NCBI GenBank assembly: GCA_965198115.1
Contig: OZ240241.1
Coordinates: 832,001 to 896,000, forward strand
DNA from: Candidatus Latescibacterota bacterium
GTDB taxonomy: Bacteria > Latescibacterota > UBA2968
Direction of reading: 5' to 3'
DNA length: 64,000 nt
Part shown: positions 41,908-53,373 of the stretch, one piece after another
Numbering within the stretch: the first letter of the stretch is position 1
Layout: each line of letters opens with the position of its first letter
The notes under the pieces: generated by a model
Told to the model about the DNA's origin: nothing
Seen by the model: only the letters and a program-made list of their open reading frames with translations
Database searches by the model: none
Translations under genes and position numbers: made by a program

Positions 41908-42081
41908 TGCCGTCGACGGAGTTCTGGACCGGGAACGTGAACTGGTTTCGAAAACCATGGTCATTGATGTAGCGAACAGGGGCCTCGGGAACTCTCTGCT
42001 GATCCCCGAATAGGGCCTGGAAGCTGGATCCGCCTCCCTCTGTGTTCATTGGTGGTTCCCGCCTTTCTTTCGCGAGGTAGC

Positions 42082-43239
42082 GTGCAAGACGCATTTAAAG
42101 ACATCGAAACGAAAGCCATCCACGCAGGCGAGAAGATCGTTCGCGAAACAGGCTCGGTCGCACCCCCCATCTACCAGAGTGCCACCTTCACCTACTCGGG
42201 TGAAGGAAGCTACCACGACCTCCGCTACATTCGTCTCAACAACACACCCAGCCACATTGCCCTGCAGGAGAAGATCGCGGCGCTCTGCGGAGGCGAACGA
42301 TGCGTCGTCACGACGTCGGGCATGGCGGCGATCGCGACAGCTCTGCAAACATATCTCCACTCCGGCGATCACGCGCTGTTCCAGGACTGCCTCTATGGCG
42401 GGACCCACGGCCTGCTCGCTGACCTGCACGACATGGGTGTCGCCACGACGTCGATCGATGCGGGAGATCCCGACAGCTGGCAAGCGCAGTTGAGGGAGAA
42501 CACGCGGGTCATCTACGTCGAGGTTGTGACCAACCCGCTCCTCCGGGTTGCCGACCTTCGCGCCGTCACACGGTTCGCTCGAGAAAATGGCCTGGTCTCG
42601 ATGATCGACAACACGTTCGCGTCCCCGGTCAACTTCAACCCGCTCGAGCACGGATACGATATAGAAATCCACAGCGCCACGAAGTATCTGAATGGCCATT
42701 CCGACATCGTCGCCGGTTGCGTCGTGGGCTCCGCCCAACGTGTCGAATCCGTTCTCCACAAACTGAATCATCTCGGGGGGTGCCTCGATCCGCACGCCTG
42801 TTTTCTCCTACACCGAGGTTTGAAGACCCTGCCCGTCCGCGTGAGATGTCAAAACGAGAATGCCACTGTCCTGGCGAAATTTCTGGATGCCCATCCGGCG
42901 GTCGAACACGTCGTCTACCCAGGGCTCGTGACGCATCCGGACCACGACCGGGCAGCCGACCTGTTCCGCGGGTTCGGTGGTATGGTCAGCTTCCTGGCGC
43001 GTGGCGATACGGCGGCGGCCGATCGCGTTCTGTCCGGCCTGAGGTTGCCCGCAGTTGCTCCGAGTTTGGGCGGCGTCGAGTCCCTCGTGACGCGCCCTGC
43101 AACGACCACGCATAGTGGTCTGACGCCAGAGGAGAGACGGGAAATGGGGATCGAAGATCGATTGATACGGGTTTCGGTCGGCATCGAATCACCCGACGAT
43201 GTGTGCGCGGACTTCGATCACGCCCTCAGCAAGATCTGA
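42082..43239 (+). CDS. Cys/Met-metabolism PLP enzyme (cystathionine gamma-lyase/synthase family)
   Basis: PPIYQSATF, SGMAAI, YGGT, DNTFASP, HSATKYLNGHSD, SLGGVES, IRVSVGIE. Confidence 0.92.
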   Translation: MQDAFKDIETKAIHAGEKIVRETGSVAPPIYQSATFTYSGEGSYHDLRYIRLNNTPSHIALQEKIAALCGGERCVVTTSGMAAIATALQTYLHSGDHALFQDCLYGGTHGLLADLHDMGVATTSIDAGDPDSWQAQLRENTRVIYVEVVTNPLLRVADLRAVTRFARENGLVSMIDNTFASPVNFNPLEHGYDIEIHSATKYLNGHSDIVAGCVVGSAQRVESVLHKLNHLGGCLDPHACFLLHRGLKTLPVRVRCQNENATVLAKFLDAHPAVEHVVYPGLVTHPDHDRAADLFRGFGGMVSFLARGDTAAADRVLSGLRLPAVAPSLGGVESLVTRPATTTHSGLTPEERREMGIEDRLIRVSVGIESPDDVCADFDHALSKI

Positions 43240-44354
43240 TGGCTAGCCCGCGTGTCGCAGTCGTGGGCGCCGGGATTCTGGGAGCCTCCGTCGCCTACCA
43301 GCTCAGTCGCCGGGGCGCCGAAGTGACCGTGCTGGAGAAAGGCGAGCCCGGCCGATTGGCATCCAGGGCCTCTTTTGCCTGGATCAATAGCCGGGACAAG
43401 AACCCGCGGGAATACCACGACCTCAACCGTCGATCGCTCGATATGTGGCCGCGGTTCGCGCGTGGTCTGGGTGATGTGGGGCTCACGTGGGGAGGCGAGC
43501 TACGTTGGGCGGGGAGTCGATCGGGGGCAGAAGTCATCGAGTCGCGTGTCGCCTTGCTGCAGGAATGGGGTTATCCGATCCGGCTTCTGATCGAATCAGA
43601 TTTTCGCCATCTCGAGCCGGATATCCGCGTTCGCGACTTCTTTATCGCATCTTTCACCGAGGCCGATCTCCACGTCGATTCTCCGCGCGTGGTCGAGCGA
43701 TGTCTCGACGTCGCCCGGGAACACGGTGCGGCGGTCAGGACCGACTGCGAGGTGACCGGTTTTGGAACGACGGGCTCATCCGTGAGCCATCTGGACACGT
43801 CGACCGGGCGGGTCGAGTGCGACATCGTTGTTTTGGCGGCGGGTGCGTCGACCTCGGAACTGGCAAGATCCGCCGGCGTCAAGGCGCCGGTTTACGACAC
43901 GTTCGGCGCGACAGTGGTGACCACACCCGTCGAGTCCCTGTTCAGGTCCGTGGCTGTCGTGCACGGGCCCCGTGATGACCAAATTCCGATCAACGTGAGA
44001 CAGCTCTCAGACGGCCGGGCCGTCATACACGGGGGGCGCCACGGCGAAATGCACGACGAGTCCCAGGGCCGGAACGAGAGCGAAGCACGTGAACTCATTC
44101 AACACGCGTGTCGATATTTCTCCCAACTGGATCGAGCAACCGTCGACGAATTGAGACAGGCCCGACGACCGGTTCCGGAGGATGGTCAGTCGATCCTCGG
44201 ATTCAGCCATCGTCTCGACAACGTTTACATTGTGGCAACGCATTCAGGCGTCACTCTGGCTCCCCTGATCAGCGAGATGGCCACGTCCGAAATTCTCGAT
44301 GGAGCAGAAATCCAGACCCTGTCGCCTTTCAGACCCTCCCGGTTCGGAGACTGA
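43239..44354 (+). CDS. DAO/DadA-family FAD-dependent oxidoreductase
   Basis: VVGAGILG, RPVPEDG, THSGVTLAP. Confidence 0.88.
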   Translation: MASPRVAVVGAGILGASVAYQLSRRGAEVTVLEKGEPGRLASRASFAWINSRDKNPREYHDLNRRSLDMWPRFARGLGDVGLTWGGELRWAGSRSGAEVIESRVALLQEWGYPIRLLIESDFRHLEPDIRVRDFFIASFTEADLHVDSPRVVERCLDVAREHGAAVRTDCEVTGFGTTGSSVSHLDTSTGRVECDIVVLAAGASTSELARSAGVKAPVYDTFGATVVTTPVESLFRSVAVVHGPRDDQIPINVRQLSDGRAVIHGGRHGEMHDESQGRNESEARELIQHACRYFSQLDRATVDELRQARRPVPEDGQSILGFSHRLDNVYIVATHSGVTLAPLISEMATSEILDGAEIQTLSPFRPSRFGD

Positions 44355-44495
44355 AGTGGAACAGACATAAGGCACCAAATGAGTGATTGCTATCTCGGTG
44401 GTCCACAGGAGTTGGCCGATTCACCCCTATCTGGGGGGACGATTCCTACCGATCGGTTGCAGTGAATGAGCAGGCCAACTGGTGCCCGCGATATC

Positions 44496-44520
44496 TTAGC
44501 CCAGTCCGTAGGACTGGGTT
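44496..44520. repeat. REP-like palindrome
   Basis: TTAGCCCAGTCCGTAGGACTGGGT; related TAGCCC-initiated hairpins at about 45811 and 47045. Confidence 0.55.
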
Positions 44521-44649
44521 TAGGGTACAACCCCGCCAGTCCGCGTCGCTGTAACCAATAAACCAGGATGAGGCATTAGCCCCTCGGCGCTCTGTCGCCA
44601 AAGAACATATGACAGTCCATACCGAACACCCTCGCGTGGAGAAGACCTC

Positions 44650-45708
44650 ATGCACCGCGTCGCCCTGATCGGAAACCGCGCTCACCAGAACACCTACGGT
44701 CCTCGCTTCAAGGACCATCCGAACTGCGAAATCGTCGCACTTGCCGAGCACCACAAAGAGAAAGGGGCTGCCCTTTCCGAGCTATACGGCTTACCGTGTG
44801 AAGCCGACTATGATGCGGTTCTGGAGAAGGACGATGTGGATGTCGTCTGCATCGCCACGGATTTTTACCTGAAGCGGACCCTTGTGCCCCAAGCCGCAGC
44901 CTGCGGCAAACACATCTTTATCGACAAGAGCCTCGCACGCACGGTCGCCGAAGCCAAAGAGATCCAGGCGAGTGTTCAAGGCACAAACGTCAAGATTCTG
45001 CTCGCCTACCCGACGCGGTTCGTGCCTCCCTACAGGACGTTGGCCGATCGACTGCGCTCGGGCCAGTACGAGCGACCGGTTTCCTATGCCCACCACTTCA
45101 TTCGTCAGTTTCCCGAGGGGGATCTGATGGAATACGTCAGCTACCCGACGGAAGCCCGAATCAACGGTGGGGGCGAGCTGATGAATCTGGGAAGCCATCC
45201 CGTGGATCTGCTTCACTATGCGCTGGGCATGCCGAAGCGCGTCTATTCCAACTTCGAAACGGCTTACTGGGGCGATTACTACGATCAGTTCGGGACGGAG
45301 GACGTGGCTTCGATGTTGTGGGACTACGACGGGCTGACCGCCTACCTCACGGTGGGACGCAACCGCGTGGCTGCCGATGCCGTGGGGGGGTCGTCAAACA
45401 GCATCGACATCTGGTGCAAGGGCTTTCACGTTCACGCGACGCCACAAATCCTGCTCGAAAACGGCGAACCAGCGCTGGAGGATGCGGGGACGGCCGGGGG
45501 CGACGAATGCGTCGACCATTTCATCGAATGTATCGAGAAGGATCTGACGCCTATCTCGGGTGTCGACGACGGGCTGGCCGTTGCCGAAATCACGACCGCC
45601 GGCTATCAATCTGCTGCCATCGGAGAGTTCGTCGATCTCCCCCTGAAAGACGACCGTCATCCCATGCTGTCGGACGACGAACAGACGATCGAGGGGTTGC
45701 TGGATTGA
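44650..45708 (+). CDS. Gfo/Idh/MocA oxidoreductase
   Basis: GKHIFIDKSL, GGGELMNLGSHPVD. Confidence 0.88.
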   Translation: MHRVALIGNRAHQNTYGPRFKDHPNCEIVALAEHHKEKGAALSELYGLPCEADYDAVLEKDDVDVVCIATDFYLKRTLVPQAAACGKHIFIDKSLARTVAEAKEIQASVQGTNVKILLAYPTRFVPPYRTLADRLRSGQYERPVSYAHHFIRQFPEGDLMEYVSYPTEARINGGGELMNLGSHPVDLLHYALGMPKRVYSNFETAYWGDYYDQFGTEDVASMLWDYDGLTAYLTVGRNRVAADAVGGSSNSIDIWCKGFHVHATPQILLENGEPALEDAGTAGGDECVDHFIECIEKDLTPISGVDDGLAVAEITTAGYQSAAIGEFVDLPLKDDRHPMLSDDEQTIEGLLD

Positions 45709-45917
45709 ACGGCGCTGAAATTGGCCCGACGGGTCAGCTGGTCACGGATTGTTCTTCGGGAGGACCCTGTCGGGGCGCGGTCAACTAACGGGCCAAGGGC
45801 CCGTGATTCCTTAGCCCAGCCCAACGGGCCGGGGTTCACGGGCAGACGTATTTCAGCCGGCTGAAGGCCCGCGATAGGCCGCGCAACGAGCAGGTGATTC
45901 CATCACAGAGAGAGCGG

Positions 45918-46970
45918 ATGTCCAAATACAAGTCTGTTATCGTCGGTCTATCCGGTATCGGAGCCGGCCGGCCCGAGGAGCCCGAAGGGCTTCCCGTTTA
46001 CGGTGCGATGGCTCGGTCGCACGCGTCGGCCTATCATCGATGCCCCGATACCGACCTCGTCGCAGTTTGCGATCTGGACGAGAAGCGAGTGGCGGAAGGC
46101 CTCGACCGATGGGGTGACGTATGGCCCGGGCTGAAGGGTTACGTTGACTACCGGGAGATGCTGAATGTCGAGAAGCCGGATATCGTGAGCGTCGCAACAA
46201 GCGATCACCTGCACGCCGATATCGTGGTCGATGCGGCGGAGCGTAAGGTGCCGATGATCATCTGCGAGAAACCGATCGCCACGACGCTCGAGGACGCCGA
46301 TCGAATGATCGCGGCGGCCGACGCTAACAACGCGCTGCTTACGGTGGAGCACTCACGACGATGGCATCCGTCCTATCTGCAGGCGCGAGAGATCATCAGG
46401 AATGGAGTGATCGGCGAAGCCAGGACGGTCCTGTCGGAGATGTTCAGCCGGCGGGCGATGCTGTTCCGAAACGGCACGCACGCAGTCGATATGCTCTGTT
46501 TCCTCGCTCAGAGCGATCCGTCGTGGGTCGTGGCGGAGCTCGAAGATGGCTTCGATCACTTCACCGAGTACAGGAGCGATGGCGGACACGACCCCGCAAC
46601 GGATCCTTACGTGTCCGCCTACGTACGATTCGCGAATGGCGTGAGAGGATTCACGAACTACTACAAGGTCGATTTCCCCGGGTCGCAATGGACCGTGACC
46701 TGCGAGGGAGGACGAATCGAGGTGTCCGATCGGGAACTGAAGGTGATCACGGGAGAATCGTACAGGGAATGGACAGAGACGCCCTATCCCGTCGATTCCT
46801 ATGTTCACCAGCACTTCGGCGGCTTCGTTCCAGAAATGATTCACGTGCACGAAAACGGCGGCGACCTCGTGTCACCCGCACGTGAAGCACGTAAAACGCT
46901 CGAACTGATGCTCGGCATGCTCCGGTCCCACGAGCAGGGAAACAAGAGGGTCGATTTCCCGCTCGATTGA
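45918..46970 (+). CDS. Gfo/Idh/MocA oxidoreductase
   Basis: VAVCD, PDIVSVAT..HLH, CEKPIA, GTHAVD. Confidence 0.9.
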   Translation: MSKYKSVIVGLSGIGAGRPEEPEGLPVYGAMARSHASAYHRCPDTDLVAVCDLDEKRVAEGLDRWGDVWPGLKGYVDYREMLNVEKPDIVSVATSDHLHADIVVDAAERKVPMIICEKPIATTLEDADRMIAAADANNALLTVEHSRRWHPSYLQAREIIRNGVIGEARTVLSEMFSRRAMLFRNGTHAVDMLCFLAQSDPSWVVAELEDGFDHFTEYRSDGGHDPATDPYVSAYVRFANGVRGFTNYYKVDFPGSQWTVTCEGGRIEVSDRELKVITGESYREWTETPYPVDSYVHQHFGGFVPEMIHVHENGGDLVSPAREARKTLELMLGMLRSHEQGNKRVDFPLD

Positions 46971-47232
46971 CCTGACAATGAAGACTTTCAACGCAGTGAA
47001 CGCTGAGAACTTGCAGGCCTCAGCCCTGAAAGGGCGGCATAGCCTAGCCCGGGGCGTCAGCCCCGGGATTTCGGAGGAGCCGCGAAAGGCCCGCCGCGGT
47101 TAGGAGATGCGTTTAAAGAGCAAGTCCTTCTTTCGGCGCACTATCGCGCACGCACGAGCCCAACCAAACTGGTTTTCCCGAACACCGAACACTTTTGTCG
47201 CGACCGATCAGACCGTTGTGTGATCTGTGGTT

Positions 47233-47967
47233 TCAATCCAGCAGTTGCCCACTATCCACGGTCGGGCACCAGAACTTTTCGATGAAGGAAACGACGAGTC
47301 GCGTGCCCTCTTCGTGTGGGACGTAAGGTGATCGCGCCGGATTGTACATCGTGTCTGTGAGATCCCCGATCAAGGCGACACGAACACCCCACCGCACCAT
47401 CGCTTTGATGCCGAACGTGCGATGCAGAACGCACATGTTGGTGTGGACCCCCATGATGAGCATTCGGTCGATGCCACGGTCGGCGTAGACGCTGTAGACT
47501 TCCTCCCCGTTGTCCGAGATCACGTCGTGACCGTCGTCGATGTCGATCGCGTTGTGCTGCTGTGTCCAGGCTTTGCTGGAATCGGTTTCACCCGTGTCCG
47601 AACCGCCGTCCGAATCGTCGATCGGGAGGGGCGGGTCATCACGGTCGGCCGGGGCGGGAGGCTGCGTCTGCGGCGTTGAGAGCACACGCTTGCGAGCCTC
47701 CGTGTCGGCATAGAAGTCGATCGTGTTCGATGGGGCGTGGACGATCAATCCGCCTCGATCTCTGACGGCTCTCGTGACGTCGTTCATCCGTCCCACCATC
47801 GCATCGAGACGCTCGACGGCTCCCCGGCACCAGTGACCGTTCCAGACATCGCAGAGCAGAAGCGCCGTCTTTTCGGATTTCCACGTTTCGGGTGTCTCTT
47901 CCGCGCTCCACACCGCGTGGCCATCGGCGTTTGTCGTGAGGCTCTGGGATCGTAACGTCAATTCCAT
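47233..47967 (-). CDS. isochorismatase/cysteine hydrolase family protein
   Basis: ALLLCDVW, MGVHTNMCV. Confidence 0.85.
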   Translation of the reverse strand: MELTLRSQSLTTNADGHAVWSAEETPETWKSEKTALLLCDVWNGHWCRGAVERLDAMVGRMNDVTRAVRDRGGLIVHAPSNTIDFYADTEARKRVLSTPQTQPPAPADRDDPPLPIDDSDGGSDTGETDSSKAWTQQHNAIDIDDGHDVISDNGEEVYSVYADRGIDRMLIMGVHTNMCVLHRTFGIKAMVRWGVRVALIGDLTDTMYNPARSPYVPHEEGTRLVVSFIEKFWCPTVDSGQLLD

Positions 47968-48041
47968 TAGACAGCTCCTTTAACCAGTCTCAATCGGTGT
48001 GATCGGCGTGCTCTGCGGTTCCATCCTGAGCGAGGACGATC

Positions 48042-50476
48042 ATGAAGAAAGCAGTCATTACGGGTGAACGCCAGGGCGGCGTGATCGAGGCGCCCGATCC
48101 GATCGCCCGCGAAGATTGGGCGGTCATAAAAACGGCTATATCCGGATCTCTCAACGAGATGAAGTGGGTGAAGGTGCCGTGGTTCCTGGCATGGGGGCGC
48201 GGTTAGCGTGTGCGGAACCTCTTCGGAATCTGCTCAGGGATGTTTATGTCTCCGACGGTAAGGAAGATCATATCGTTGAATGCGTCGAGTGTGCGGAATC
48301 CGCTGGCTCGGTTCTTGACGATTTGGACGATTCGGTTGAGGCCTTCGGCGATGGCGTTGGTAAGACGCGTGTTCACGAATGCGAGGACGCCGAAGAAGTG
48401 CTGTCGCAGGGTCCTGACGAACTTTCGCAGGGGTTCAAGTCGACTTCTGAGTGCGGACGTCGTCCAGCATTTCAGGAAGCGTTCGGCAGCCCAGGGCGCT
48501 TTGTATTCCCAGAACTGCTCGAACTCGTCCTTGAGTCTCCAGGCTCTATAGATTCGGTAGTTCGCCTTCTCCAGTGCTTTGAGTGTCCGAGTATCCCCTC
48601 TGGAGCGTGTCGCTGAGTGCCGGTAGAGGAGCCATCGGAGGCCCTTCATGGCTTTGCGCTCATCCGGGGCAGCTTTACGCCACTGGTCCTTACGGACCTC
48701 GTCAACGGCGGCATTGAGAGCCTTGACGATGTGAAAGCGATCGAGGACCAGCTTGGCATTCGGACAGTGTTCCTGGATGGCTCCGATGTAAGCTTCGCTC
48801 ATGTCGCAGCAGGCCCACTCGATCTTGGATCTCCGGTAGGGACTGAGAGCCTCTGTGAAGAACCGATCGATCGTTTTACGCGCCCTGCCGCGGCCAACCC
48901 ACACCACGCAGGAGCGGTCCAGATCGTAAACGAGCGTGGCGTACCTGTGACGCTTGGCGTAGGAGATCTCGTCGATCCCGATGGTTTTGAGCCCTCGGAT
49001 ACGATGACCTTCACGAAGCCGCGTGATGGATCGGTGAAGGAGATCCGACAGCGTCGAGGCAGAGATGCGCAGTAACTCGGACGCCGCCTTCTGCGTCATG
49101 GTCTGGCAGTAGCGCAGCATGGCATACTCGAAGCGATACGTCACCCGAGAGAACCGCTCCGCCCACGGAATCTCCTGACCACACGACCGTGGGTAGGACA
49201 CCGAATCTCCCGAGGATGGTAGAGAAGCCAGACCCTCCACCCGCACACCGGAATGTCACGCCACCGACGCGGATGGGGCATTGTGCGGACGATTTTACCT
49301 CGACGGCCGCACTCCGGACAACAACAACCATTCTTATGTGGCTTTACGGCGATGACGAAACAGCTTCTCCCCTCAAACCACCAGCTGACAACACGGAACC
49401 CCTTGAATCTCAGCAGTTTCGATAGTAATCTGCTCCCGGTCATAGGTCGCACCCCCTTCGCTTTGATTGTCCTACACACACAACCAAGCGTAGGGAACGA
49501 TCTATGACCTTGTCATTCTATAGTTTCACCGTTGAGAAACCCGGATAGAGCCAAAAAAATACACGCTGCTCCGATGTGTACCGAGTACAAGCGTTACATC
49601 TCCGGCCAGCCATCAGAGTCCCTCGGCCACGAGGCCGCTGGTGAGATCGTCGATGTGGCCCAGCCTGGCCGCGTCTCCCCGGGCGATCGCGTCGTCGTCA
49701 TGCCGCAGTTCCCGTGTGGGCGATGCGCCCTCTGCGTGTCGGGGGACTACATCCACTGTGAGAATGTCGTGGACTTTTCTGGCGAAGGGAGGGCCACGAT
49801 GGCTCAGCTGATGGTCAAACCGGATTGGATTCTGCCGGCAATTCCGGATGACATTTCCTACGATCACGCGTCGATGGCGTGCTGCGGTCTGGGGCCGACG
49901 TTCGGGGCACTCGAGCGGATGGGTGTTCTGCCTGGGGAAACGCTGTTGATCACCGGGCTCGGGCCCGTCGGTCTCGGAGGCGTCGTGAACGGAACGGACC
50001 GCAATGCACGTGTCGTGGCGGTCGACATCAACGAGTGGCGGAGAAGTCGAGCACTCGAACTCGGAGCCGAGGTGGCGTTCACCCCGGATCAGGCTCTCGA
50101 GGAAATCCGCGAATGGACATCTGGACTCGGTGTCGATACTGCCGTCGATTGCTCTGGCGCGCCGGCGGCGCATCGTCTGGGCATCGATGGCCTCAGGCGA
50201 CGCGGACGTCTCGCGTTCGTCGGAGAGTGCAGCGAAGATACGGTGATTCGCATCAGTACCGACATGATAAGGAAGGGGATTACGCTACACGGGTCCTGGC
50301 ACTACAACCTGAGCCTGTTTCCGCGTCTGATGGGGGTCGTGCGACGGAACGCGGACAAGTTGGAGTCTCTGATCAGCCACCGATTCGAGATCGACCACGT
50401 GCAGGACGCGTGGGAGCTGCAGACGACGGGGGAGTGTGCGAAGGTGATTCTCAAGCCGTGGGGGTTGGGTGTATAG
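48042..50476 (+). pseudogene. zinc-dependent (MDR) dehydrogenase interrupted by ISL3
   Basis: MKKAVITGERQ..WAVIK | IHAAPMCTE..GHEAAG..CGRCALC..C..GLGPVG. Confidence 0.88.
48134..49552 (-). mobile_element. ISL3 copy 4 (1-nt deletion frameshift)
   Basis: 1419 bp; GTGGTCAGGAG instead of GTGGTCGAGGAG; imperfect A-rich target duplication. Confidence 0.93.
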
Positions 50477-51488
50477 GTGTGCCATCATTGGCGTCGGTCA
50501 GAACCGGTCCAGGGGTTTGGCGGATGCATATCGGCTGATTGAACGGGGTGACCTCGTGGCCGTCTCGGCTCGAACGCCCGAGAACCTGGAGGCGTTCGCA
50601 GACCAATTCGGCGTGCTTACCCGCTACACGGACTATCACGAGATGTTCGAGCGAGAGAAACTCGATCTCGTGCACGTCAACACGCCGCCGGATGTGAGGC
50701 TGAAGATCATGGCAGCGGCCGAGGCAGCGGGCGTGCCTTCGCTTATCGTGGAGAAACCGCTCGCGGTTCAGGGCGAGGATGCGCGGGCGATCGAGGACTT
50801 CTCCCGGAGCGCGCGCGTGAAGGTGACCATCAACCACCAGCTTCACTTCCAGCCACGGCGATTCGAACTGCAGGAAAGGGTTCGAGAGGGTGCGATCGGC
50901 GACATCAGGCTGATCGATGCAAGCTGCGGGATGAACGTTGCCTACCAGGGGACACACGCGTTGCAGGCGATCGGAGCGTTCAATCAGGACGGGATGCCGA
51001 TCAGCGTGTTCGGTCAGGTGAGCGGCAGCGAGGGACTCGAAGACACACCCAAGAAGCACCTGGCGCCCGACAGTGCTTCAGCCGTGATCGGCTACGACAA
51101 TGGCGTTCAGGCGCTTTTGCAAAGTGGCGTCACGGCGCCTCGGGTCGGCAGAGACAGGATCAGCACCCACAAGCGGATTGCCGTCTACGGATCACGCGGC
51201 TACATCCACTGGACCATGTGGGCCTGGGAGACTTCGATTGACGGAAGGGTGGAAACAGGAGCGCACGAATACCCGGAAGAAGATATCGTTGGCCAGGCGG
51301 CGATGACCGAGGCGATGTTCGATTGGCTCGAGAGCGAGGACAACCCACATCCTCTCCGCCTCGAACTCGCTCTCCGGGACTTCAACATCATCATGGGTCT
51401 CTACACGAGCGCGCTCGAACACCGCGTGGTCGACCTGCCATTCGAGCCGCCGAACAACCTCATCGAAAAACTCCGTACTCGTCTTTAA
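50469..51488 (+). CDS. Gfo/Idh/MocA oxidoreductase
   Basis: AIIGVG, VEKPLA, QGTH. Confidence 0.88.
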   Translation: MYRCAIIGVGQNRSRGLADAYRLIERGDLVAVSARTPENLEAFADQFGVLTRYTDYHEMFEREKLDLVHVNTPPDVRLKIMAAAEAAGVPSLIVEKPLAVQGEDARAIEDFSRSARVKVTINHQLHFQPRRFELQERVREGAIGDIRLIDASCGMNVAYQGTHALQAIGAFNQDGMPISVFGQVSGSEGLEDTPKKHLAPDSASAVIGYDNGVQALLQSGVTAPRVGRDRISTHKRIAVYGSRGYIHWTMWAWETSIDGRVETGAHEYPEEDIVGQAAMTEAMFDWLESEDNPHPLRLELALRDFNIIMGLYTSALEHRVVDLPFEPPNNLIEKLRTRL

Positions 51489-51571
51489 GTCCCACCATTA
51501 CCGCTTTTCCCGAACACCGAACACCGAAACCTCGAAGGCAACTGCAGGGCCTCGTTCAAAGCCCCAACCGA

Positions 51572-52626
51572 TCAACCACCTGATCGACCGGAAGCGCCTC
51601 TCGCGTATTCCCGTCCCTGCCAACCACTCGTTCGGCTTTGAACATCGAATTCAGGATGGCCTCTTCGGTCGCATCGGCCACGGCCGGGAAGACCTCGCCG
51701 ATCAGTCCCCGGTCCTCTCTGAGGGCATCTCGAAGCGCTGTTCGTTTGGAGTTTCGAAAAGTCGTCGAGAAAAGCGATTACGTAGTCGCCGCTCCCGTGA
51801 CCCCCACGTGAGCCCGTCCTCGCGAGCCCGAAAGTGGCTCGACGAGCAGTTCTTTGCAGCAGGTGACCCGACAGGGGGAGGTCGGTCGCTACGATCATCA
51901 TGATCGACGCGCCATCGACCGGATCCTCTTGCTCGGGTGATAGATCCGGCATCTGAACCCCATCGATCGTGAGTAGACCTCCGAAGTTCGATTGGACGAG
52001 CACACCCACCATTCCGGATTCACCCTCGATATCCACAACACGAGACGATGTTTCGATCCCGCCCTTCCAACCCAGGCAACTCATACCCAGGCCGCCGCCA
52101 ACCGCACCCTCATCCACAGGTCCATCAGCTGCTGACCGGATGGCTTCTACGGCGTGCTCGGGACGGACGTGAAGCCCGCCGATGTCGTTCAGGAAGGCGT
52201 CCGATGTCTCGCCGACGACGGGGTTGAACCACGGAATACTGGCAGCGTCCTGGAAGACGTGCTCACCATGAAGCGCACGATGCCCTCGAAGACCGTCCCG
52301 ACGCTCAACGTATTCGTTAAACAGATCGGTGTTTCGATACGGGCATACTCGTCGATGCACGAGAGACCTGCGGTCGTACCCGATCCGTTCCACGTGAACT
52401 GCGCCGCCTCGACAGGGTGGCTCCACCAGTCGTCGCCAGGCGGAAGAATCGCTGTCACGCCCGTTCGAATGGGACCTTCACCGATCCGGAGGGGGCCATC
52501 GCCCCCGATCAGGGTGACGTGACCGACTCGGACGCCGGGCACATCCGTAATCGCGTTGTGCTCTCCGGGTTTGAGACCACCAATCTGGATGCCGACGTCT
52601 CTAGCTCGTGGCCTACCTGATGCCAT
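51572..52626 (-). pseudogene. DmpA/P1-family aminopeptidase, frameshifted twice
   Basis: NAITDVPGVRVGH, RTGVTAILP, PVVGETSD.FLND, EGAVGGG.GM, GSGDY; breaks near 52265 and 51770. Confidence 0.8.
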
Positions 52627-53373
52627 CGCTCCTCACTCAGGTACGGGCCGTGGGTCGGGATCCAGAACGATCGCGGGCGGTGTACGCATGATGATGTCGT
52701 GGCTGCCTGGGATTGCCGCTGGGGCTCCCCGTTCATTGATCGACCAGTTCGTAGACCGATGCCCTAGCACGCGGTCATCACCGATCCTGAGGGATCTCCA
52801 CGGTAGCATAAGAGCGGCCAAGGAGAAGAAAACATAAACTGACTCCGTAAGCAGGTTCATTCCGAACAACCTGATGACGCGATCATCGGAGAGAGAAGGG
52901 GTGGATAAATGCGTCTCGACTGGGCACCCGTGAAATGGTGTGGAGCCTTTCCGTCTGCGAGGCTCTTGCTAGAACAACATAGCTCGCATTGTCGCCGATT
53001 GGTGAGAGAGTTCAGGTGTCAGAACATTGGTAGCCAACAGGATGAGTTGAATTACGGCTATCGCTTGGTGCGATGTGAAATGTCTTCGGGAAGGAAGTGA
53101 CCATACCTTTTCCTTTTTACTCTGGGCACGTGGTCTCAGTCCCAACAACAATAGACTTGTGAGTCAGAGTTCGTTCAATCCCCAAAATTGTTTTCACTCG
53201 TCATAGGTAGATATCCGATCGAAATCATGGGTCGTAGATCACCGTATTGTGGGGTCTTCATCGTGGAGCATTCCGATTTGTCCTATGTTGTCCCAATATA
53301 TCTCCTTGGAATCTGTTCTCAAGTAGAGTTCACGATTTCCGATAAGTGCCTTCCGATAGAAAGGCTTAAATGT

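Noticed and set aside
49141-49246. Programmed frameshift in ISL3 copies 4 and 5
   Set aside because: Copies 1-3 have the extra G and read through; there is no slippery motif at the site.
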